From the NCBI GenBank assembly GCA_965655095.1, contig OZ296651.1:20646001-20710000 (forward strand): a stretch of 64,000 nucleotides of DNA, read 5' to 3'. A program made the position numbers and the translations under genes. Below the pieces are notes generated by a model. The model ran no database searches. It saw only the letters and a list, made by a program, of their open reading frames with translations, and was not told the DNA's origin. This DNA is from Haplodiscus bocki (lineage: Eukaryota). This document shows, in pieces, positions 38,501 to 49,532 of this stretch; the stretch's first letter is position 1, and each line of letters starts with the position of its first letter.

Positions 38501-41433
38501 CACTTTGGAGTTAGCTAAGACTACACAAATGCCAAGTGTGTATGAATGGTTGTGCAGCCTGATAGCCTGTATCATCATTTTCCCTTCTGTCAATTTGACT
38601 CGTGTTGGTGAGAACAAAAGCGCTTTTCTCTCAATTGACGGTGTTGCCAATACGGCGTTATTCCTAGGAGTGTGGGTAACTTCATCTCCGACGGGTACAT
38701 CCACTTTCTGGATTCTGGAACGGCGGTACCACTGTCTTCTGTGTTGTCTGTAAAACCTAAAAACTATTCAGATACTTGTCTTTCGTTTTTTTAGGGACTC
38801 GCATCGAAGTGTCCGGAAGGTGTAGTAAATGATTTCTTAAGTCAAGAGTTACAAAATAGGTTTTAAAAAATAACTTTCCTGTCAGTACCATACCCATTGT
38901 TGGTAGTCACAGGAAAGTTTCTTCAAAGCTACATACTGCCAAAGAAAACGTGATAAAACTTGTTTCTTAACTTTGACTAAGCTACCGCATCAAGATGACT
39001 TTCAAACTCGGGGCTGGCATTTCCCGTAGTAACGCTTCTGTGTCTGCAGTCGTTTTTTTGAAGTTCCGATTCTAACATTGCACTTTGGACTGCTCCGGTG
39101 TCCAAAAGTCCGTTAGTTTTGTGCATTTTAAAACAGAGAGGGGCATACAACATTTTATGCTTTTTAACAAATTATAGTGTCGGGCTAAGGACTTTAAAAT
39201 GTTGTGGGAGTCTTGTTTTGTTCTTATTCATGGAACCGAAATCAAACGTGATACTATGTTTGGTTTTCGGATGAAAACCGATGAAGTCTGTCGTCGTTGT
39301 GTTTGTCGTGTCTGGAGTCCGTGTTGGCCGCTGGTTGGTTGGCGTGTCGTCATCAGTTTTGCCAAGCTGATGAAATGTGATGCCGTCCTGGATCAGCTCG
39401 TGAGACAATGCGTTGTATCGGTTAACCATCTGTGGCTTTTGAACGGAGTTGTTGCTTGGCCGTCATCTAGAGTTTGCATGTTGGCCAGTTGTCTCGCGTT
39501 GTCTGCTTTCTCCGCTGATGGTGGTCTGGTCATTGTTGGTCGTCTGTAGATTTGGCCGTCTGTTCAATCAGTCGTCGCCCATCCGTTATGTCGTCGGCAA
39601 AAGATGCGGTTTATTCAGTTTAAAGAATCATTGTCATCATACTCCTATTTGTACTCGGGTGGGCCATGAAACCCACAGTCTTCCGTATACTGTTTGATTT
39701 CAGTACCTTTTTGTTATCCCCTGATCTCTCGTCTGTGGTTTGGCCTTTCGTTTTATGTTTGTTTCTCATACGGTATCTGGCGGTATGCTGAAATTTTTTT
39801 CTGTCGCTGGTTGCCGTATTTGCCGGAGTGTCCGGTGCACCCACAGATCTGGCATACTAACTTTGGAATTTAATGAGAGCCGTCCTCTGTCTTCTGTTGC
39901 CGTTCTCTAGTGATGACGGTTCCATTCTCTACATCACGGTCTCTCTGCTGCTGGCATTTTGCTTGCCTGTGACCAACCATGTTGTCACAGTAGAAGTACT
40001 TCCTTTCAAACTTTTTTGTGTGTTTGGCGTTTTGCGGTTGTGGCTTTGTCTTCGGTTTTCCATCGTTGTCGCCTAAGAGAAAGGATGAGGCATTGCTACT
40101 TGGGTAAACCAGCTACACTGTTGGAGTCTCTGCAGGAAAACGTTTTTTCGCTTCTAGTGTTCTCCTTGCTGCTCTTAAGAAAATTGCGCTGGATTGAGAT
40201 CCCGAGATTGCCGAAGATAAACGTCTCGATGTATTCTTCGGCGTTATCTTGAAGCGTTTGTTCGGCGTTAACTTTCAATGGCTTGAGGAAGTCTGGAAAA
40301 ATTTTTGCTGTGAGATTGTATTTTGCTTGGTCTCATTTGTAGCTTGCGACTTCCTTGAGGTCATTTTTTGTGGAATTTTTTCGAAACTTTGTCAACATCT
40401 CCTTCAGTGTGGTCTCCGTGGTGATAGTAGGCGATTGGTGAAATAGGATTGCTTCCTTTCTGAGAAGACTCTGAAAGTACTGGAGCTTCGTTTCTTCTGT
40501 GGATCTGTTATTCATCAGGCGCAAATGGTTAACTCCGTAAAGTTGTTTTTTGCTCCTCTGAACGTTGCTACTTGCGTCTGAAACAATGTGGGATTGTTCG
40601 TTTTTATTTGGCTGGGTAATGTTGTAATGGCGTTGAGTAAGTGTTCATACGTGTCAGTCAATTCGGAAGTGGTTCGCTGTCGAAATTGTCTCTCATACTC
40701 GTTGTACGTTTTTTCGCCGCTAGTATTGGGGCTGGTCATCGATTGTCGTCTGTTTCGGGTTCGGGTGCCTCCTGTCACCGTGTCGGACTGATTGTGGCTA
40801 TACCAGAAGTGGTACCAAACGTCAGTCCTCAGATGCGGTGTCGTCACCATTTTTTGCACCAAGCTAGTCAGTTCCTCCAGCTGGCGGTTTAGGGGAGCAA
40901 AAATTCCTTTAATTCGCTCGTTGAATGCATCTTGGGTCAACGTCTGAATCTCGGAAACTTCTTCATGACTTTGACTGACGATTTTCCGACTACGTCTTCT
41001 TCGGAACCATTCTTACTCTTTGCGTGCTCTCTAGATGTGTTGTACCGTTTACCGTTTCTAAGACCTCTGTTTTCTTCGGAATCAAGCATTCAGGTAGCAA
41101 AACTTGAAGTCATTGATGATTCTGTATCCAGCGGGTAGATTATATGCGAGTAAGTTTACAAAGTACGCAAAACATTGAAATTTGTAGTTAGAGTTGATGC
41201 AAGCTATATGGCGCCCATTGTGCTATTAGCACTGTGTAATGCACGTTGTCGCTCTGGCAAACCTGAGCTGAACTACTGAATGCGCATAATTTGCGTTGGT
41301 GGACCTGCGTTGTCACGAGACCGATGATAAGACAAATTCTCAGCATCGGCATGTTCTCATTGGCTCTTCTGCTTTATCAGTATTTAATCATTTAGAGTGT
41401 GAAACCCAATTCTACCGCAACCATGGGGCTACA
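35571..41433 (-). mobile_element. Degenerate Ty3/Gypsy LTR retrotransposon (gag-PR-RT-RH-IN); 3' end lost at the gap
   Basis: Minus-strand motifs in Gypsy order: protease GLLDTGAVQS (~39100); RT IRFLVDLRRLN (~37940), KLDCSQAYHY (~37820), RLAQGL and HHVDNMG (decayed YVDD, ~37625); RNase H MYDASEHAAGYVL (~37185) and EKFLAMHLVFDKFRHILWG; integrase LLEIDLLGPL...LTALDVFSRY (~35930-36010). Gag-like fragments at ~39600-40900. Many stops and frameshifts. Confidence 0.92.
41219..41433 (-). repeat. Candidate 5' LTR (~215 bp) followed by a putative primer-binding site
   Basis: The minus strand begins TGTAGCC and ends TAGCACA, followed after 1 nt by TGGGCGCCA (PBS-like TGG start). The second LTR is not visible, so this is unconfirmed. 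Confidence 0.4.
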
Positions 41434-43094
41434 TACATATACCAACGTAATTGAGCAATTTTGTTGCAACAAGTTTGCATAAGTTCACTATGGCGGATTG
41501 TAGCTAATCTATCTTTCACAAACGTCAAACATTTGCTAAAAATGAAAATTCAGGTATTAGCGCATTCCCTACTGCATTTGTATTGTTTTCATTGTTAATC
41601 CACGTTACCTTCAATCTGTTTCAGTTTTCCCTGATATTATTCATTTCGTCTATATCTACTCGTACTATTCAATGCTTAAACGCTGCTAGCTCATAGCTTG
41701 AATGAGTTCCGATATAATTTAAGCAAGCACGTGTCATAGCTCTAGCACAGTTCATGAAACTTTGAGTTGGGTCAATGCTGCATCGTATCGATAGATAATG
41801 ATAAAAAGTATTCTTTTTAGCAAAAACTGTTATCAATAAATAACGTTGAGTTGAGTCACGGCTTTCACCCTGTTGATGAAAAAAGATGTACTTGGAACAA
41901 TCTGGCGGTCTATATGGGAAATTTTTATCGTTTGGATGAAAACTGACGAAAAATTAAAGTACTGTTAAATGGCACAGTCATATATTTACACGGTTCGAAG
42001 ATAAATCGATGGGTTTCGTTTTGTCTTTTAGTCCGTTCCGCTGTTACTTTTAGGCTTAAGAACGTCGATAAATATTCTTTGCTCCATGATATTCTATTTT
42101 GCGATATGTTAGGAACAAATTAAGGAGGGGAAACATCATTCTGATGTTTTCCGATGAAAGTGTAATCTAGCTCTTTCAGTGTCCTATTGGTCTGGTCGCT
42201 ACAGATGGCATTTTTAGTGGCTGAGGATGATCCGGTTGGAGCATTCCGGTGTATTCTAAGTTACTTCTAGTAACGTTGAGATTTCATCGTAATCTGTCTT
42301 TTTCGTCGAAATGTCCTGCGCATTGGTTTTGGATGGATAGCGATGCTTTTATGTGCTCAGCGATATTTTTTCCATAATACATATTGATGTTTACCTAATA
42401 CATAAATCGCGTTCATATAGAGGGGAAGGGAAGTAATAGAACATAAATTCATTTATACCTCTGTGCGTGTCTTGGCTACCGAAATTGCATTAAGATCTTA
42501 GTAATGATAATGACTTCATACATTTAAAACATACCGTATGTTTAGGGACATGTAGATTTCTCATATTTCCCTTATGCGGGCATGACCTTCGTATACTTTC
42601 TGATGACGTCAAAATTTCAAGTTGTTGGCAACTTTGAAAAAAAGCGTCAAGGTTGCCGGGAATTAAGCGGTAGGATTTCAGAAACTGAAAAATAGCAAAT
42701 AGTAAACTCATAACACCGATTTGACAAAAATCAGAGTTGGCCAAATTCAGTAGAAAATTCCAGTGCGTCGAACATTGAAGGCTCCAATTGTCCGGAGATT
42801 TCGGCTTTTCAAATGAACAATTTGCAATTTTTCGACGCTTTGAGAATTATCATTTTTTCGACGCGATGTGTAGTCAATAATTTGAAAAAAGGGAAGATGC
42901 GCATGAAAATGATAAACTTGACAACATTGAATCCAATATTGTACTGGATTCATGTATTTATAGACTGTGCTTGCATGCTTTAAAACACTCTGGAGCAATT
43001 TTTTCTATTAATTAGTCTGCTTTTATTTTATTTTATTTTACCGCGGCATTCTACCAATTCATTAGAAGACATTGCTGTCTGGTTCACAACTTCA

Positions 43095-43184
43095 GGTACC
43101 TTTTTGGCTTAGCGGTCAATATCTTTGGGAATCACCGTAGTTCAGTTACTACGAAGACCCAGGTTCGAGTCCCAGAAACTGCCA
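43095..43184 (+). pseudogene. tRNA-like sequence (pseudo-tRNA or tRNA-derived SINE head)
   Basis: A box TGGCTTAGCGG (43105-43115), B box GGTTCGAGTCC (43162-43172), internal hairpin cgtagt-tcagtt-actacg, 3' aactgcca. The acceptor stem pairs poorly. Confidence 0.55.
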
Positions 43185-44809
43185 GATAAACTTTCAAACA
43201 CCGATGTTCTATTCATTAGTTTTTGATTTTATTTTCACTTCTATAAAATATAAAACTGGTACTTTTTTGTATTTTCAATTATTTGGAGTGAAGCTTCAAA
43301 ATTTAGCCGATATCATTTTTCACATTATTCACTCCATGATAGTTTGCGTCACTCTTCATGTAGAAAACATCTGGTCATGCTTTCTGAATACTGCCTCGAA
43401 TTTTCCCGATTTCTCAGCAGCTATTGTCGCTAAATATTTCTGTTTAAAATTGACCCTGAAACCAACTCAAAGAATGAGGTTCTGCAACAGCGGGAAATAC
43501 TTCTAGGATAATCTCAACACTTAAACTTCGATTTTTAAATCAAGACTCAGCAGCTTCAATTCGTTATAAAACTCTAACTTTAGTCAACTTCTAAATATAA
43601 AGGCCCCATATGTGGGTTCTGAATAACTTCAATTGTTACATAGCAATTCCATGACCTTGGAATAAAATTTATGCAAACGACGGTTTCAAAACGCGGAACT
43701 TTTGTGACACTCCCGTACCCCAACTTTTGCATGAGCTCTCAGCGTACTTCAGTGACGGGCATCTAAATTAAAATCAATGGTATCATTCAAACGATCTTTC
43801 AAATCTTTAAGCTATTTTTCATGAAAATACTTGGTTAAATGATTTTATAAATTTTCGCCCAGAATTTCATAATTGCAAATCATTCGTTCAATTTTCAGAT
43901 ATTTTACATCAAATTTGCCAATTGCACGCGGGAACAAAAAGGGGCATAAAAATATTTCACAAATTTCAAACAAATTTGTCGTAGAATGTGTCGTGGTCTT
44001 TCTCAAAACATAGTTTTTGTTGCCAAAATTTCAGTTTTTTTGCAAAAATATCGATTTTCGAAGCAGTTTTGATTTTTTCCGTTTGAATTACGGCATTATA
44101 ACGTTTCTTCCGTAATTTGGAAGGCGGAAATATACTCGAGCTAGCAGGGCGTCTTGTTTTCCTTTAAATAAATTATCAGCAATTTTTGCGATTGAAGAAA
44201 GAACCTGAAGGTATTCGAGCCTTGGAAATCAATGGTACATTTAACCCATTATACGGCAAAAAAATAACAACAGTAGTAGTTGTAAAGTTCAATTTTCACG
44301 GGGGAGGTTGAGTGAGTAACCAAATATGGTCTTTTACTCAACCCACCCCGAGCCAAAAATTATTACGTAGTCGCGAGAGGATAGACTACAATGACGTAAC
44401 CGACAGGTCAATCTGGTTATTTGTTTGGCGTGCAGCACACAAGTTGTAGGGCAATTCCGAGTGATTGTGAATGTCGACATCGAGAAGCAACAATGGCGTC
44501 ACCATTAAAACTGAATTATAGAATCCTTTCCGAATATGGAGTTATCATAAGATTTTACCGGCCGACAGTGACGACACGTAATCGAAAAAACCTGAATTAT
44601 GGCAATTCACTCCTCAGCGAATGCTCTTGACATCATCGAAGCTCGACCACAACCGGAAAACTCTGAGACTTATTCAAAACTCAGAGCGGAAATTTTTGTA
44701 AACAAATTTCCGAAACCATTCCGAAAAATACTCGCATGTCTTACAACGCTACCAAGTTAACACTTGAACAGCTATTCGACCTTTTTGCAGCTGCTATGAT
44801 GGGTCTCCG

Positions 44810-47665
44810 ATCTTTTTCGGCATTTGAAGATTGCAAAGGGAAAAATCGGAAACAACAAAGACAGGCAAAAAAAACTATAACAATTGGAAACTTTCAATCT
44901 GAGAAACTCCTCTTTCTAGAGTTTATTTTTGCAGATAGATTGAAAATTCAGTAAATTTTTGCAGCACATGTGAAGTTCTTGACAATTTTGGCACTGTGAA
45001 TTTCTACAAATGCAAAAGAGGAATCTGCAAAGACAATTATTTTTTTGTTCCAGTTTCTGAGTTTTGACTCGGATATTTCGAAGCAGAGAGTTCAATTTTG
45101 CTGGGAAAAGGAATCTCTATTTGTCAATCTGAGAGAAACTACTTTTTCTGAAGTTATCGGCATGGTGAGACATGATCAAGAATTTAAACATCAGTAAGGA
45201 AATGGAGACAACTTACTGCGGTTTCAACGTTTATATGTAGCGAACAAAAATGTGTTTAATAGTGTTCAACATTACTGCTATTTAGAACTTCCATATAGCA
45301 GTCTCAAAAACTGTATCAATTCCGGGCTTTCCGGCACTGTGAGAATGGAAGGGAAAAAATAGATGCGTATAGGTTGGAACAATTCGTTGCAATTTGAAAA
45401 AATCAGTGTTCGTAATCTACTTTATACTGTTCACTCTCTCTGTTAATTCGATTCCTTATTGGCAAGTCTGAGGCACTGTGAAACAATTCGAAAACTTCTG
45501 AACTGTGACAATTGAACAGAACATTTTGAAAGAGGCAAAGCAATGAAAATTTTTGTCGGAAATTTGACGATTTGAACGTCCGGATCCAAAATTGGAGAGT
45601 TCAAAAGTGCTGAAGAGTGCAATTTCTGCTGACAAATTTAAAGTTTTGTAATCTTTTGCCGTTTTCGGCATTGTGAGACTTGATCGAAAAATATAAAATG
45701 AGCAAGGGATTGAAAAGAAAACTGTTTAATACTTGAACAAATAAACGTAGAGAATTTTTATATTAGTGTTTGATTTTCCTGAGAAAAGAACCTCGATAAA
45801 ACTTTTTGAGGAACTGTAACACGTCCGGCCTTTTTGACATTGCCAACTTCAAGGGAAATTTCAAAGCTAACAGAATGTTAGAAAATCCTAATACATTTTG
45901 AAAATTTCACGTGAAAAAATTTCACAGAAAGTGTAATCGCTGATGGTTACTCTTAAAATGTATTTCTGAAGAGTTTCGAAGCTTCTAACAATTTCGGCAC
46001 TCTGGATTTTATTTGAAAAGTTTCAACAAGTTAAAAAATGGCAAAATTGCAACAATCTAAAAGTTTAGATGTGGGTAATTGATCCACAAAATTGATGCTG
46101 CTCATTAGAAACTCGGTTTAGGTACCTTCGACACTACTACCTTTCAAAAATTTTCGGCACTGTGAGTTTGAATAGACAACTATAAAGAGAGCAAAAAATC
46201 CAGAACACCTATTGCAATTTGATTTTTTTGTTGGTGAAGGTTTTTGAAGTGTATGTAGGTATGCTAATGGCGACAAATGGAAGTTTTAGTGAAACCTATG
46301 AGGAACTGTAAAACTTTTTGACAGTTTTGGAACTGTAAGTTTCGATGGATAGAAAAGGTTCGAATGAACACAAAAATTTGCCACAACATGAAAGTTTACG
46401 GGCGGGGCACCTAAATCATACCGTTCAATTTTATGCAGGAGGCGAATCAATACGTAAAAGAGAAACTTCAACGTTTCCTGCACGTTCGGCACTGTGGAAC
46501 TATTTGGACAAAAACAACGAAAGCTATATTTTGAGACAATAGATTGAATTTTGAAATTTTGGAGGTACAGCTTTTACGCAGTGTTTGTTATCGCTTATAA
46601 CTAGCACATTTATTGGAAAAATCAAAACGATATAAAATTTGCAAATTTTTCGGAACTGTGCGAGTCGTTTGAAAAAGTTCGATGGGGCAAAACTTGAAAA
46701 ATTGTCGCAACTTGAAAGTTTTGACGTAAAAATCTTGAATCATAAAGTTTAATTTTGTTGGTCAATAGAAACTGCTGAAAATTCTGTGAAAATGTTACAA
46801 TTTTGAAGCTTTCGACAACATGAGACTTGGTGGGGAAAAAGGAAGAGAGCAAGATATTGAAGAAATCTATTTGAACTAGAAAACTTCAACTAGAAGACTT
46901 GATCCATAGCCTTTGTTACTGCTGATAAATGGAGTCTATATTGGCGTTCCTGAGGAGTTCTGAGGTTACGCACATTTTTGGCAGTCTGGGTTTGTTTGAA
47001 ACTTTTCATCAAGGTAAAAAAATTGGAAAAAAGTGCTTTAAATTGAAAAATGAAACGTAACAATCTTGTTTCGTAGAGTTCAGTTTTAATGCTCACGAGA
47101 AATTTTGTTCATTGACTTTTGGAACTTTTGTGTTTCTGGAGTTTTTGACACCCTGAGACTTGATGACAGAATACAAAGACATCGAGAAATTGAGAAAACC
47201 AATTCCTACTTGAAAATTTTGTAAGAAGCCTGCTTCATAGTGTCTGATGCTGCTGCTATCCAGAGTTTTTACGACCAATTCAGCGAAAATGTATTATATA
47301 CCGCAACTCCAGCTTTGTATGACTTGTGTGAAAGATTTGGACGCAGCAAAAACACAGATGAAAATTGGTACAATTTGGAAGTTCAAATATGGGGAAGCAA
47401 CTTATCTAATACAGAATAAAAATGTTCAACATTACAAGCTCTTTGAACAAACTTGATAATTTGAATTTTTTTTGGAATTTTCAGCCCCATGACAATAATA
47501 CTCGGTGGAGAATTCTAAAAAGAGCAAACAAAAGATATAACGTGTCTCAGTGTGAAGATATCAGTTTGAGAGTTTGGCTATAGTTTTCTCAAATTTTTAT
47601 TGAAAAGATTTTCTTCAAACAATAGTGAGAAAAAGTAGCAATGCCAACATTTCCGCCACGGTCAG
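44810..47665 (+). repeat. Highly degenerate ~166-bp tandem repeat inside the arm (mirrored at ~54560-57330)
   Basis: A ttcggcactgtgaga-like motif occurs at 44817, 44988, 45157, 45331, 45498, 45665, 45834, 45994, 46154, 46327, 46486, 46650, 46812, 46978 and 47145 (mean spacing ~166 bp), with weaker copies to ~47650. Confidence 0.75.
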
Positions 47666-49497
47666 TTTCCAAAGAGCAATCCACAAGATGGTAAAACAAG
47701 TGCAGTTCACGGTAACAACTTCAATCTGCTGCAATTGATAAATGTTGTGACAACTGCTTTATTCAAAGTGTTTAATTTTTACACCGACAGATGAGAAACA
47801 GTGAATTCTGAGACAATTTTCTCTAAGAGAAATTGAAAAGTTTCTGAATAAAGTGAAACCCAGAGTGCCTTCGAGAGAACTAACTTGCTTTCAAGAAAGT
47901 TTTTTCATTCTTCTTGTACATGAAATTGTCATAGGTTTCAGTAAAAGATTGATGTGTGCATGTCTGAAAACTCCAAAAGTATAAGAGTTGCTCGGAAAAA
48001 ACCTAACAAAGACTAACGCTTAACTTTCTTTCTTTTCATCAAAAAAGTTTCACCTCAACCTATAAAATTGGTTTACAACTGTAAGAACCGAGTAGACCTC
48101 TCTATGTGCAATTGCAGATTAGAGCGTTTTTTGTCATTCTCTGCAGTTTGTTTCATGCTCGGAAAGTCGCAAAAAGACGTAAGTTTATGTTTTCTTGTAA
48201 GTTTTTGTTTTTGTTCAAAAAACTGAAACTTTTGTGCTAAAGCAAAAACTGAAGGAAACTTTCATGCAGAAATTGAAAAAACGAAATTTTCGCAAAACTA
48301 TGTTCAGTGTCAGGTTATATGATTTTCTCTTATCGTGGTAGTTGAGGAACAAATTAATTTGCCCAGACTAGCTTTATGCAGAGTAGTAAGAGCTGATTTT
48401 GTTTTGAGCTCGAAAAAGGTAGTCAGTATGTTTACTGAAGTCAAACTTCTGCAAAGCTCCACTCTCGGAAACTGAAACTCTAGGTTTCAAAAGAATCGAT
48501 GGCAATTTATAGCCACTTTTTTCACCAACTCTCTCTGTCAGACGAGAAAGAATAAAGTGTTTTAAGCTTCTTTCTGGCACCCTCAGAAACATTGAAGAAG
48601 TTGTATGTCCTCATCAGGAGTTTTGATAAAAAATTTCGTGAAATCTGTTGGAGTTGGTAGAAGTGCAAGTTCTTGCGTGTCAGCGAAGTCCCCGTGGTAA
48701 GTTTTTCGTTAAAAGTTTTGGTTTAACTCGTGACACCAAGCCGACAGAGGTCGCAGTTGTTCTCAGTCATGACTTTTGTGTGTCAACCAAGTAGAAAGCT
48801 CCTTTACTTCATGAAAATTTGAGCAGCTTGGAAAAGTGAGAACAGGAAGATCAACTGCTCTGCTTCTGACAGCGTAGAGACAACATCTAGACAAGCATTA
48901 ATTGCATATACATAGTGTGGTACTTGGATCATGATGGAACAGCTGAAACCACCGAAAGTGTTGGATTGAATCATCAAGAATAACAAAGATTTAAAATTTT
49001 CTGAAAAGGTCCTCAGAAGAGTGCTTTTGGAAAATTCCGCTGCAACGAAATGTCAGAAAGCTACAAAAAATGAATAATAGTCTGAAGTTTTGATGAACAT
49101 ATTTCGTCTAAAAACTGCAGAAGCAGAAAAAATATTGGTTTCAACAGGTGTCAGCGTTGTCTCGCATTAGAAAACACATTGGCGAGAAAACGACATCCAT
49201 CAAATTTTTTCACATTAGCTGGAGTTATTCGTTCAGGAATTAGTTTTTAATCCGTATGTGATCATCCCAGACAAGAACAATTTATCTGGTGATAGTCACA
49301 GCTGGATTTTTTCTGACAAGCGTTCATTTGATTCAGTTGAAATTTTTCAGCGCATATGAAATGAAAAAAATCATGAATAGTTTCAATTCTTTCAAAATTG
49401 TTCTCGAGAGGGGCAAGTTTTCCAGAAAAACGGAAAGAAAGAGTTCCTCTGAATCAGGATTTGTGACCTGTGAAGCGTTTAACGCCGAAATGGAAAC

Positions 49498-49499
<2 letters not shown>

Positions 49500-49530
<31 letters not shown>
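49500..49530. repeat. (GT)n microsatellite at the inner end of the left arm
   Basis: About 15 GT units seen directly. Confidence 0.95.

Positions 49531-49532
<2 letters not shown>

Larger units (their letters stand above)
44272..49530 (+). repeat. Left arm of the giant inverted repeat
   Basis: Mirrored spurious ORFs: 46622-46852(-) vs 55372-55590(+), 47093-47278(-) vs 54852-55136(+), 48804-48986(-) vs 53163-53546(+), 49289-49552(+) vs 52557-52973(-). Ends in (GT)n. Confidence 0.93.

Noticed and set aside
35648-41138. Plus-strand ORFs over the retrotransposon
   Set aside because: Antisense shadows of the decayed gag-pol with no independent motifs.
43095-43184. Functional tRNA-Sec or suppressor tRNA (TCA in the hairpin loop)
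   Set aside because: Loop size and position and the acceptor stem do not fit a tRNA cloverleaf.
44075-44130. Small imperfect palindrome (tttccg..aattacgg...ccgtaatt..cggaaa) just left of the giant element
   Set aside because: Too short and isolated to assign; possibly a MITE scrap.
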